The notes beneath the pieces were generated by a model. The model saw only the letters and a list, made by a program, of their open reading frames with translations, did no database searches and had not been told where the DNA came from. The position numbers and the translations under genes are program-made. Shown piece after piece: positions 1 through 10,932 of a stretch of DNA of 64,000 nucleotides. Location: contig CM059449.1 of NCBI GenBank assembly GCA_030390025.1, positions 15,004,001-15,068,000 of the forward strand. Direction: 5' to 3'. How positions within the stretch are numbered: the stretch's first letter is position 1; each line of letters begins with the position of its first letter. This DNA comes from Squalus acanthias. Lineage: Eukaryota.

Positions 1-215
1 TTTACTGAGGGACACCTGCCGCATTATGGAATGTGGAATAGTTCGGATTATACTTTAACAATGTAAATTGAACAATTTGTTCATCCATTAGTAATGCGGA
101 AAGATAAATATCACACTAACCCACCAAAGGTACATTTCCCACTGGCATTTCATAGCCTATTCAAGCAAAACGTGTTCAGAGTGGTAAAACCGAGCGATTT
201 GAACGAGTCACTTAC

Positions 216-382
216 GATCTAAAGGGATGCCTTCATAAAATCGATTATTCATTCTAAATCTCAAAGAAAAAAGGCGCATTATCGAACAGTACACACATGT
301 TATATACGTCAATTTTGGAAAAAAGTTTTTTGTGGGTAGGGGGGGTGGAGATTTACCAACCTCTGAAATTGTAGGCGGCGAA
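216..382 (-). CDS. Gene X cytoplasmic exons (382-361, 22 nt; 253-216, 38 nt)
   Basis: Acceptors attcctacag| and gagatttag|; donors |gttggt and |gtaagt. Phases 1/2 and 2/1 chain to VRRLQFQR-MNNRFYEGIPLD. The 22-nt exon matches the size and phase of the N1/N2 tail exon. Confidence 0.7.
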
Positions 383-1990
383 CTGTAGGAATCAAAAGTA
401 ACAATAAAAGTAACAATTTGAATATAAACATCACTAAAAAGAACCAAGATTATCTGGCCATTATCACATTGTTGTTTGTGGGATCTTGCAGTGCGCAAAT
501 TGGCTACCGCGTTTCCTGCATCACAACAGTGACTACACTTCAAAAAAGCACTTCATTGACTGTAAAGCGTTCTGAGGGCGTGAAAGGCGCTGTGTGAATG
601 CAAGACTTTCTTTACAACAACATCAAAGGCGAACCAAATGTCACTGGCGTTTGAATGCATGCATCTACTTTATGGTTATATTCGGAAGCGCAATATTGCT
701 CTTTCAAATAGTTACCTTTTGTCAGACCATAACCTGCGGAGAACAGGAGGAAAGCGACTAAAACTCCGGCAGCGGTGTACAACAAGCTGTTGCTTAGCGA
801 CGATTCGCTGGTTGGCTCTGTGGTCGGTTGTACTGGGAGCCGGCCGAGCTGAAGACAAAATAAGAGATTAGTTTCACCCAGAACATCACTTACTGACTCC
901 CGCTCTCCACTGCTGGTGAATGTACAGCGTGCCCCGACACCAGCCAATAGGTAATGCTATTTCAATGGGTGATGAGAACTACAGGTGCAGCGGTGCTGAT
1001 TTTTTCCATCTCCCCTCCATTTGCTAATTGGGCTTGTGATATTTGTTATTTATATTTTTGAATTTAACAGCTAATGCTTTTTTTCAAATTGATACAAAAT
1101 CAATTGTTATCGAAAATATATCGTGACAAAACACCTAACGATTATAATCTCGTCATTGAATTATCTGTTCTCAATATTCTATGGAAGAGGGGTTGGTTGT
1201 GTATGTACAGAGGGACCTGGGTGTCCTTGTACACCAGTCACTGAAAGCAAACATGCAGGTGCAGCAAGCAGTTAGGAAGGCAAATGGTATGTTGGCCTTC
1301 ATTGCAAGTGGATTTGAGTACATGAGCAAGGATGTCTTACTACAGTTATACAGGGCCCTGGTGAGACCACACCTGGAGTACTCTGTGCAGTTTTGATCTC
1401 CTTACCTAAGAAAGGATATACTTGCCACAGAGGGAGTGCAGTGAAGGTTCACCAGACTGATTCCTGGGATGGCAGGACTGTCGTATGAGCAGAGATTGGG
1501 TCGACTAGGCCTGTATTCAGTAGAGTTTAGAAGAATGAGAGGGGATCTCATTGAAACGTATACACTTCTGACAGGGCTAGACAGACTGGATGCAGGGAGG
1601 ATGTTTCCCCTTGCTGGGGGCTCTAGAACGAGGGGTCACAGTCTCAGGATACGGAGTAGGACATTTAGGACTGAGACGAGGAGAAATTTCTTCACTCAGA
1701 GGGTGGTGAACCTGTGGAATTCTTTACTACAGAAGGCTGTGGAGGCCAAGTCACTGAATATATTTAAGAAGTAGATAGATTTCTAGACACAAAAGGCATC
1801 TAGGGGTATGGGGAGAGAGCGGAAATATTGTATTGAGATAGAGGATCAGCCATGATCATATTGAATGGCGGAGCAGGCTCAAAGGGCCTAGTGTCCTACT
1901 CCTGCTCCTATTTTTCTATGTTTCTATGTGTCAGAGTGTATGCACATGTGTTCAGGTAGGCGTGTTAGAGAGACAGAGAGAGAGGTGGGA

Positions 1991-2021
<31 letters not shown>

Positions 2022-5000
2022 CGAGCGGTAGAACATGGTACAAGTTATGATGGCGAGGTAGCGAGATCAGAGTTGCTTTTTCTTTTCTTTACGCTGGACA
2101 ATATATTTAATTTGAAAGGTCTACCTCTATCTTGTCCTGCACTTCATACACTCTACGTGTGTGTCTATGTGTGACTGTGTATGTGTGTGTGTGTGTATGT
2201 ATGTTTGTCTATGTACGTATGTGTGTGTGTGTATGTATGTATGTGTATGTATGTGTGTGTATGAATGTGTGTATGTNNNNNNNNNNNNNNNNNNNNNNNN
2301 NNNNNNNNNNNNNNNNNNNNNNNNNNNNNNNNNNNNNNNNNNNNNNNNNNNNNNNNNNNNNNNNNNNNNNNNNNNNNNNNNNNNNNNNNNNNNNNNNNNN
2401 NNNNNNNNNNNNNNNNNNNNNNNNNNNNNNNNNNNNNNNNNNNNNNNNNNNNNNNNNNNNNNNNNNNNNNNNNNNNNNNNNNNNNNNNNNNNNNNNNNNN
2501 NNNNNNNNNNNNNNNNNNNNNNNNNNNNNNNNNNNNNNNNNNNNNNNNNNNNNNNNNNNNNNNNNNNNNNNNNNNNNNNNNNNNNNNNNNNNNNNNNNNN
2601 NNNNNNNNNNNNNNNNNNNNNNNNNNNNGTGTGTGTTTGTTTGTGTGTATTTGTGTGTGTGTTTGTTTGTGTGTGTGTGTTTATGTGTGTGGAAACTATC
2701 ATAACTGCTTAATAAACGTTTTGGTGATCAAATGGGAATAGTTATTAAACACACAGGGGGAATGTTTATAACCCATGCATCCAGACATAGAAATAGAAAT
2801 AAAAACAGAAAACTCTGGAAATACTCAGCAGACTAGGCAGCCTCTGTGGAGAGAGAAACAGAGTTAACGTTTCAGGTCGGTGACCTTTCCTCAGAACTGG
2901 AAAAAGTTAGAGATGGAACAGATTTTAAGCAAGTGCAGGGGCAGGGAAAGGGAGGTGGGGAGGAAAGAACAAAAGGGACGGTCTGTGATAGGGTGGAAGG
3001 TAGGAGAAATTAAATGACAAAAGGGATGTTAGTACAAAGCAAAAGTCATCAAAATAGAATGTTATGCTAATTTTCACTACATTAATCTATTTTCTTTACA
3101 TGTAAGACCCTCCATGCTCAGTCCGCCGTTCTATAGTAAGGGACCGGCCGAGCCAGGGATTATCGTGGAACAGTCCGTTAGTAATAATCAGACAACTCAC
3201 GCACTATGTCAAGCTTTGTTCCTTGTCCACTTTTTTCCGCCGATCCGAATAGTTGCACTTTGCAGTAGTAGAGCCCGGAATCGTAATGTCTCACGTCTTT
3301 TATAGTAATGGAAGCGTCCCTCCTTTGTGTGAAATCCTCGGCACTTGCCCGCGATAGCCGTCCGCTGAATTCATTGCTTTGGGTGGTGACTTCAGGTCCG
3401 TTGACAGAGTTTTTGTGCCACTTGAACCTACCGACCCCCCCCGGGGGCCCTTCATACGTGCAGTTGAGGAGCACCGACTGCCCCTCCGTGGCGTTAATGA
3501 AGGACGGGACTTGAATTACTGTAATGTTCTCTGCAGCAATTCCTGCCAAGGGATGGTTTCTGATTAGCGAGATGCACCAAGTCTTTATTTCACCTTAACC
3601 AAACGCTGAAGATGCTGGAGGCCGCTAGTGAAGAACGGACAGGGACCGTGCCTCTCCAGACAGCCAGCGGTGGAGGGACATTGTAAATGTAGCAAAGCTC
3701 ATCCTGCTGGGTGTAAATTTCCCAGACCCCTGCCACAGTTGGGGCCCGAGGAGCAGTGGAGGGATTATTGGAACACCACGGGTGCAGAGACGGACAGACA
3801 TTTCCCATCAATTAACTTTAGCCGTTTTCCCATAATCCGTCCCGCTGCAGGGGTGGTGGCACGGGGCCTCGGAAAATTGACTGGTTTGGCTACAGCATGG
3901 GGAGGAGGCCATTGGGCCCGTCGAACCCGTGCCGGCTCTCTACAAGACCTCTTCAGCTAGTTCCACTCCCCCGCCCTTTCCCCGTAGCCCTGCGAATTTT
4001 CCCCCTTCAGGTACTTATGCAACTCTCTTTTTGAAAACCGAGATTGAGTCTGTCTCCACCACCCTCTCAGGCAGTGCATTCCAGATCCTAACCACTCGCT
4101 GCATAAAAAGTTTTCCCTTATGTCGCCTTTGGTTCTTCTGCCAATCACCTTAAATCTGTGTCCTCGGGTTTGCAACCCTTCCGCCAATGGGGACAGTTTC
4201 TCTCTATCTACTCTGTCTAGACCCCTCATGATTTTGAACAGCTCTATCAAATCTCCTCTCAACCTTCTCTGCTCTAAGGAGAACAACACCAGCTTCTCCA
4301 GTCTATCCACAGAACTGAAACCCTCATCCCTGGAATCATTCTCGTAAATATTTTCTGCACCCTCTCTAAAGTGCGATGCCCAGAATTGGACACAGTACTC
4401 CAGTTGAGGCACAACCAGTGTTTTATAAAGACTCATCATAAATTCCTGGCTTTTGTACTCTATGCCTCTAGTTATGAAGGCCAGGATCCCGTTTGCATTC
4501 CCCCCCGCCCCACCCCATGTCGCCTCTGGTTCTTAATCACCTTAAAACTGTGTCTTCTGTTTCTCGAACCTTCCGCCAGCGGGAACAGTTTCTCTGTATC
4601 TACTCTGCCCAGACCCCTCAATTCCACCCATTGGGGTAGATTTCCGTCTTTACCGCCTGGGTACTACACGTCTTGTGACGGAAGGAGAAAGGAAAACCCA
4701 GAGTGAGATTCCCACTCTTCTCATAGAACCCAGCGGATTTCCTTCCAGTGGATTGAATGGGAAGAAAGTCGGGCGAGTGCTGTTAGCACCAGATTGTCTT
4801 TCCTGCGTTCCACCCAGGCCATGCCTAAAGCCCACGTGGTAAAGGCGAAGATTTACACCTTAATCACAGCAAGCATGATTGAGCTCTCTCTCAGTATCGC
4901 AATCAGATAACGGAACAAAATCATTCATTTAAAAAAAAATATCGCACATTCATGGCCAAGTCGTTAACATCCTCGCCTCTGCGTCAAGCTTATGGTTTGG

Positions 5001-5740
5001 AGCCTCACTCCAGCATTCCATCATATCATTCTGGCCCATACCCCAGTGCAGCGCTGCATGCTGCAGTTACGGTTCTGTCGATCAGGCATAAAGTTGAACA
5101 TAAGAAGATAAGAAATAGGAGCAGGAGTCGGCCATTCGGCCTTTCGAGCCTGCTCCGCCATTCAATAAGATAATGGCTGATGTTCTACCTCATCTCCACT
5201 TTCCCACACTATCCCCATATCCCTTGATGCCCTTCATATTCAAACATCTATTCATCTGTCTTGAATATACTCAATGACTGAGCCTCCACAACCCTCTGGA
5301 GTAGAGAATTCCAAAGATTCACCACCCTCTGAGTGAAGAAATTTCTCCTCATCTCAGTCCTAAATGGCCGACCCCTTATTCTGAGACTGTGACCCCTGGT
5401 TCTAGACTCCAGCCAGGGGAAACATCCTCCCTGCACCTACCCTGTCAAGGGCCCTCTCTGTCTGTTCAGTTGATTCAAGTGGCCGTTAAAATTTTCATGT
5501 TACTAATCTAAGAAGTCCTGGCCAACTGTCCTTTCCAATTAACATCAGCGCCTCGTTTCTGTTTGATCCCTAGCGCCTTTGTTTTCAACTAAGCCCCGCC
5601 ACTGTTAGCTTTGTATGCGAGGCGCTGTGATATCGTTCCGAGCGAGCGTTGAAGGCGCAGCATTCTCTGACTGAAGTATGGTACAGTCGGTACTTACCAG
5701 AGACAAGGGTCAGTGCCCACATAACGCATCGGGAATCCAT
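216..5740 (-). CDS. Gene X: NKp30/NCR3-like single V(J)-domain type I receptor with a Tyr-containing tail; 3' end probably outside the window. Exons 5740-5698, 3542-3201, 832(or 848)-716, 382-361, 253-216
   Basis: GT-AG exon chain with matching phases gives MDSRCVMWALTLVS-GIAAENITVIQ...C...W...DSGLYYCKVQLFGSAEKSGQGTKLDIV-stalk-LLYTAAGVLVAFLLFSAGYGLTK-VRRLQFQ-RMNNRFYEGIPLD. The V domain has NKp30 hallmarks (GPEV..QSNEFSGRL, DF...ASITI, YYCKV..GxGT). Confidence 0.8.
716..832 (-). CDS. Gene X stalk/transmembrane exon
   Basis: QPTTEPTSESSLSNS-LLYTAAGVLVAFLLFSAGYGLT-K, donor G|gtaact. In frame only from the AG giving exon start 832; the upstream AG (start 848) is out of frame. Confidence 0.75.
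1200..1927 (+). mobile_element. CR1 LINE 3' fragment
   Basis: ORF2 C-terminal motifs LYRALVRPHLEY, RRMRGDLIE, FFTQRVVNLWNSL; CR1 tail (ttctatg)n. Confidence 0.9.
1960..2690. repeat. (GA)n and (GT/AT)n microsatellites flanking an assembly gap (N 2277-2628)
   Basis: Directly visible. Confidence 0.95.
2795..3045 (-). mobile_element. Penelope-derived terminal-repeat fragment with a minimal hammerhead motif (2862-2897)
   Basis: Minus strand GTT-CTGAGGA-A-AGGTC-ACC-GACCT-GAAA-CG-TT-AAC. Same repeat family at ~20070-20750, 31475-31780, 46285-46915 and 59172-59470. Confidence 0.65.
3201..3542 (-). CDS. Gene X Ig V(J) exon, NKp30-like
   Basis: Within ORF 3178-3549. Acceptor cttggcag|, donor C|gtgagt, 342 nt, phase 1/1. 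Canonical C, W, D-x-G-x-Y-x-C and GQGT. Confidence 0.93.
3905..4622 (-). mobile_element. CR1 LINE 3' fragments
   Basis: ORF 3957-4439: LYKTLV.PQLEYCVQFW, RRLRGDLIE. Confidence 0.88.
5098..5450 (-). mobile_element. CR1 LINE 3' end
   Basis: TRGHSLRIRGRPFRTEMRRNFFTQRVV plus the 3' tail. Confidence 0.88.
5698..5740 (-). CDS. Gene X leader exon
   Basis: ATG..MDSRCVMWALTLVS G|gtaagt: 43 nt, phase 1. Same length and MxxxxVxWAxxxxS pattern as the N1 leader. Confidence 0.8.
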
Positions 5741-6459
5741 CTGGTCCTTCACTGCACGGATAGTGAACTCAGAAATAAACGGATGCACCAAGCTGTCGGG
5801 GGACTGGCAGTGCGAGTTGAAAAAAGTAACTCTTTCCGTCAACGTGAAAGTGACGCAATGGAAAAGGGGAGTGAGAGTTGGGTTTGTGTGTGTCCGCTCT
5901 TTGCTCTCTCCCTCCCTCGTGTGCACATGCGTTTGCGCATTTCATAACAAGCTAAATGTTTTCTCTCGTATACGTAGCGTGAATAACTCCGCACCTCCGG
6001 GATTCTGAAATCTAGGAATGAAGGCATTGCAATCTATTTCAGATCCTGAAGATTGTTTCACACGAAGCTTGAAAAAGAAGTTGGGTCGCTTCATGATTTC
6101 CTGTTGCCACTCAGAGCGCTCGCGCTGCTAATTATTGGGTTGACGCCCCGACTCTCAAATATGCAATTCAGCCACTTTTCCCACACATATCACAAAGGTT
6201 TTAGTTTCATTAAGATGTGGATATAACGTTTTCAACTCAATGCATTGTCGGCTGAGGACTCGTGTGACGGTCTGCAAAACCTTAGCGACATCAGTAGACA
6301 AGATGAAACCCATTGCTAGTGTTGATAAATACAGAGTGATGTGAAGGTCAGCAATGTAAAAATTCTGATATATATACACACATATATATAGACCAAAATT
6401 TACACCCTGCATATTACAGCACACATCGCTGATCATATATATGTGTATGTGTGTGTAAA

Positions 6460-8015
6460 ATTATGAAGCGCCTAGATAGAGTGGATAGGAAGGGCCTATT
6501 TCCTTTAATCAGTAACCAGGGAGCATAGTTAGGCCTTAGCTAAAATACTGTGTACAGTTCTGGTCACCACATTACAGGATAAATGTGATTGCACCAGAGA
6601 GGGTACAGAGAAGATTTACGAGGATGTTGCCAGGACTGGAGAATTTTAGCTCTGAGGAAAGATTGGATAGACTGAGGTTGTTTTCTTTGAAACAGAGGAG
6701 GCTGAGGGGAGATTTAATTGAGGTGTATAAAATTATGAGGGGCCAAGATAGAGCGAATATTTCCTTTAGCAGATAGGTCAATAACCAGGGGGCACTGGTT
6801 TAAGGCAATTGATGGAAGGATTACAGGGGAGTTGAGGAGAATGTTTTTCACCCAGAGGGTGGTGGGGGTCTGGAACTCATTGCTTGAAAGGTTGTTAGAT
6901 GCATTTAAAAAGTACATTTAAAATCACATCACATTTAAAAAGTACTTGGATATGCACTTGAAGTGCTGTAACTTACAAGGCTACGGACCAACAGCTGGAA
7001 CGTGGGGTTAGGCTGGATAGCTCTTTTTCGGTCGGCACGGACATAAGAACGTAAGAAATAGGAGCAGAATTCGGCCATTTGGCCCTTCAAGCCTGCTCTG
7101 CCATTCAATAAGATCTTGGCTGATCTTCTACCTCATCTCCGCTTTACTGAGCTATCCCCATATCCCTTGATCCCCTTAATATTTAAAAATCTATCGATCT
7201 CTGTCTTGAATATACTCACGACTGAGCCTCCACAGCCCTCTGGGGTAGAGAATTCCAAAGATTCACCACCCTCTGAGTGAAGAAATTTTTCCTCATCTCA
7301 GTCCTAAATGGCCAACCCCTTGTTCTGAGACTGTGACCCCTGGTTCTAGACTCCCCAGCCTGGGGAAACATCCTCCCTGCATCTACCCTGTCGAGCCCTG
7401 TAAACATGTATGTTTCAATGAGATCACCTCTCATTCTTCTAAACTCTAGAGAATATAGCCCTAGTCTACTGAATCTCTCCTCATAGGACAATCCCCCCAT
7501 CCCAGGAACCAGTCTGGTGAACCTTCGTTGCACTCCCTCTATGGCAAGTAGATCCTTCCTTAGTTAAGGAGACCAAACTGGTCTCACCAGGGCCCGATAT
7601 AATTGCAGTAAGACGTCTTTACTTTTATACTCAAATCCTCTTGTAATAAAGGCCAACATACCATTTGCTTTCCTAATTGCTTGCTGTACCTGCATGTTAA
7701 CTTACAGTGATTCGTGTATAAGGACACCCAGGTCCCTCTGAACACCAACATTTCCCAATCTCTCACCATTTAAAAAAAACTCTGCTTTTCTATTTTTCCT
7801 ACCAAAGTGGATAACTTCACATTTCTCCACATTATATTCCATTTGCCCATTCACTTCGCCTGTCTATATCCCCTTGAAGCCTCCTTGCATCCTCCTCACA
7901 ACTTACATTCCCACCCAGCTTTGTTTCATCAGCAAACTTGGATATATTACATTTGGTCCCCTCACGAGGCGTTGAATGGCCTCCTTCTGTGCCGTAAATC
8001 TTTATGATTCTATGA
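6460..8015. mobile_element. Adjacent CR1 fragments (+ 6460-7040; - 7042-7962)
   Basis: ORFs 6585-6776, 7216-7533 and 7832-8035 (ISKFADETKLGG). Confidence 0.88.
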
Positions 8016-8049
8016 GATAAAATCAACATTTTCACTTTATTATGCAGCG

Positions 8050-8413
8050 GGTCGATTTTGATCTACACTGCCTGAGCGTTAGCTATCGCCGGGGAGGAGT
8101 GCAGAGAGGAAAGTCGGACTGGGAAAATCCTTCTTGGTAAGGGAGCTCGTCCTGCATTCTTTCCATTTAGCGAAATGGAATTAGAATGGGTGTGGGGAGG
8201 AATGGAGGTGGTGACTGGTGTGCGACCCTCTTACTCCCAAGTACTCCCGTCCCCAGTTTGTCCTTTGCACACTGCCCAGACAGTACTTAACGCTCAGGGG
8301 GTCAAGACCAGACACTACACCCACAGAAGCTACACCATAGTTATGACAACTCAGAGTAATTGCCTGTTTATAAAGCGCTTCCAGATGTTTTCGAAGCCCT
8401 GATAGGGTTCTAT
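8050..8413 (-). pseudogene. Possible decayed V exon
   Basis: tttag| acceptor, phase 1: DRTLSGLR...QAITLSCHNYGVASVG...EYLGVR...KDF...LLPGDS. No intact W or second Cys. Confidence 0.3.
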
Positions 8414-8607
8414 CTAAATTCAAGTAGTTACATTGGTTTTGGTTACACAAGATTGCTTTCGTTGTGGCTGCTGTTTACATCAGATGAATAATTGCTGTTT
8501 CATTAATGACCTGATTGGTATTTGAGTCCAATCCTATTGCACTTTGAATGCAATTTGGAATTGTGCGCACTGGCATTAACTTTGCTGAAACTCAGTGGTG
8601 AAGACAG

Positions 8608-9012
8608 GGGAACGGTAGCGTAGTGGTTATGCTACTGGACTAGTAATCCAGAGGCCTGGACTAATAATCCGGAGATAGGAGTTCAGAATCCCACCATGGC
8701 AGCTGGGGAATTTAAATTCAGTCAATTAAATAAATCTGGCATAAAACGCTAGTATCCATACTGGATAGTTGTAAAAACCCACCTAGTTCACTAATGTCCT
8801 TTAGGTAATCCTTACCTATATGTGACTCCAGACCCACGGCAATGTGGTTGACATCTTCTGAAATGGCCGCGCAAGCCACTCAGTTGGACCAAACCGCTAC
8901 AATCCAAGTCACTGTTGGAATGACCTTCACCACATGGGAGGCGGCTCAAGGGCAATGAGGGATGGGCAATAAATGCTGGCCTTGCCAGCGACGCCCACAT
9001 CCCAGGAATGAA
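8608..9012 (+). mobile_element. tRNA-derived SINE with a LINE-shared tail; further copies on - at ~9855-10308, 25755-26211, 50880-51249
   Basis: Head GGTAGCGTAGTGGTTA...GTTCA.AATCCC with A/B-box-like motifs. Tail gggcaataaatgctggccttgccagcgacgcccacatcc is shared with the LINE at 11715-12375. Confidence 0.7.
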
Positions 9013-9262
9013 TAGTAATACCGCTGTGTTCTGGCTCACGATGGCGTGTGACAAAGGACAAACGCCATTCCCGCGGGGCTTCGAGCGGTCTTCAGACCGG
9101 AGATCCAGAGACCCCCCCCCCCTCCCCGTCCCGCGGAATTTGTCTTGTTTGCACCCTGTGCGGTGAACTGCAAACTGACGCTGAGACGTGTTTTATTTGG
9201 TTGCTGCAATTGAGCAATTGCAACATAACAGAGACGAGAGTCAACTGCAAATGCGTGCTTAC

Positions 9263-9537
9263 CATTTGACAGTCTGAATTCCGAGCAGAGTATTTAAAGC
9301 ACCTCGGATGCAGGCTGTCAAAAATACTCAGCGAAGCTAACACGCTCAGCAATTCTGAGAAATTAGAAGCGCTTTCAACGCTCCAGCTTATTTAAACATA
9401 CGAGATACGTGCAAAATAGCACCTGTTCTCTGTTCCATGGTTACCGTGGTATTTACAGCTAAAGGAAGCGGAACGAAGAAACATTCTGGTGCAAATTAGT
9501 AAGCCAGGCGTGCAGTAGTCGAACCCGAATGGAATGC
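9263..9537 (-). pseudogene. Possible decayed Ig exon
   Basis: Phase 1 acceptor; starts GI with a Cys at residue 28 as in gene X; ASFSCKY...ASLSIFDSLHP; strong gtaagc donor. Needs one stop and one frameshift. Confidence 0.3.
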
Positions 9538-9854
9538 CTATTGAGGCCAGTCGAAAGAGAAACACGTGGGTTTCCATCATTTTACATGGGAGCGAGAAAT
9601 AAGGAAAGTATTTAACCGGGAAAGACCATGAGGTGTGTCAGGCCCGCTGGTCCCACGGCCCTATCATATTGCGGATGCGATCCCACACATTTCATCTCCT
9701 GAGAGAGAGAGAGAGAGTTCGTCATAAATAATCCTTATTCCCATTGTAAAAACTGAAGTATAGTTATCCATTCACTGCGCACATTGTCCTTATCAACACC
9801 CACTAGCACAGGAACCACGCTGTCCACTCCCAGCTTCCGAACAGTTATTTTTTT

Positions 9855-10685
9855 TATTCATTCAGGGGATATGTGCATCGCTGGCAAGGCCAGCATTTAT
9901 TGCCCATCCCTAATTGCCCTTGAGAAGGATGGTGGTGAGCCGCCTTCTTGAACCGCTGCAGTCAAGGTACATCCACATTGCTTTTCGTAGCAGTTCCTTA
10001 CATTTTAGAGGACAGCTGATAGACAAACACAATGCTGTGGGTCTGGAGTCACATATAGGCCAGGCCACATAAGGACGGCAGATTTACTTCCCTAAAGGGG
10101 CATTCGTGAAGTAGATGGGTTTTTCAGGAGAATCCAATAGTTTTGTGTCACCATTACTGATACTAGCTTTTTATTCCAGATTTATTTAATTCAATTGAAT
10201 TCAAATTCCCCAGTTGCCGTGGTGGGGTTTGAGCTCACATCACCAGAGCATTAGTCCAGGTCGCTGGATTACTAGTCCAGTAGCATAACCACTATGCTAC
10301 CGTTCCCTAAATATGTTTGTGCATGCACCTGATTATTTGTGTGTGGCTATATGTATTTGCGAGTGTCTGTGTGAGTGTTTCTTTCTATGTGTGCAGGTGT
10401 TTGAATTCTGGGACTGTTAGGTTTCATTTCATGCCTTTCCTGGTTGGCTTTCTGTTGAATTATAACTAATATTTTAGTCCCAGCTCTATTGAATTTCGAT
10501 TTTCAACTTGCCGCGCCTGTGTGTAAACCTGGTATTTGGGATGGGCCGCACCTGTGTGGCAAGTTGAGAATGTACCGCACATCTTCAAGAAAAAAAGTTG
10601 GGCCGTCCAACCTCGTTTCTGCTTTAGATTTTTACATCCAACAGAGCGAACTTTTTAAATGATAATCTACCTGGAAAAGTAAATC
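9855..10685. repeat. Third, partial copy of the duplicated unit (SINE plus candidate terminal-exon/3' UTR segment)
   Basis: 10310-10685 matches 26212-26600 and 54162-54459, and has the same adjacent SINE as copy A. Confidence 0.8.
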
Positions 10686-10932
10686 TATCTCCCACTGTTG
10701 ATGCCTCTCTCTATCACAACACTCACTCTCACTATTATCTATCTCCCTCTGCTGGTGTCTCTCTGTATCACAGCACTCACTCTCACCTTTACCTATCTCC
10801 CTCTGCTGGTGTCTCTCTGTATCACAGCAACACTCAGTCAGGCACTAAACTGATGCACAGGTACATTGCTCAGACCGGCAGCCAATGAGTACAGCCAGAC
10901 ACTGAGCTGATGCACAGGTACATTGCTCAGAT
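10686..10932. repeat. Short tandem repeats (~56-bp unit x3; ~33-bp motif x2); related motif at ~63700-63845
   Basis: tatctccctctgctggtgtctctctgtatcacagca is repeated; ctgatgcacaggtacattgctcaga occurs twice. Confidence 0.75.

Noticed and set aside
2127-2741. Long ORFs rich in H/T or C/V (also 62981-63258)
   Set aside because: Artefacts of microsatellites and N-gaps.
5574-5870. Apparent + strand Ig C-like exon (VSFVCEA...EVWY...GDWQCEL, with a CD4-like WxC)
   Set aside because: It has an in-frame stop and phase 0 boundaries, and it overlaps the well-supported gene X leader and promoter on the opposite strand, so it is most likely coincidental.
6043-6160. TM-like peptide FLLPLRALALLIIGLT with Arg on the + strand
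   Set aside because: Out of frame with its acceptor, has no supported upstream exon and lies in the likely promoter of gene X.
10323-10376. Leader-like MHLIICVWLYVFASVC followed by gtgagt (also ~26227)
   Set aside because: GT-rich low-complexity sequence, inconsistent phase between copies and no partner exon.
10686-10932. CRISPR-like array
   Set aside because: Vertebrate minisatellite with no unique spacers and no cas genes.
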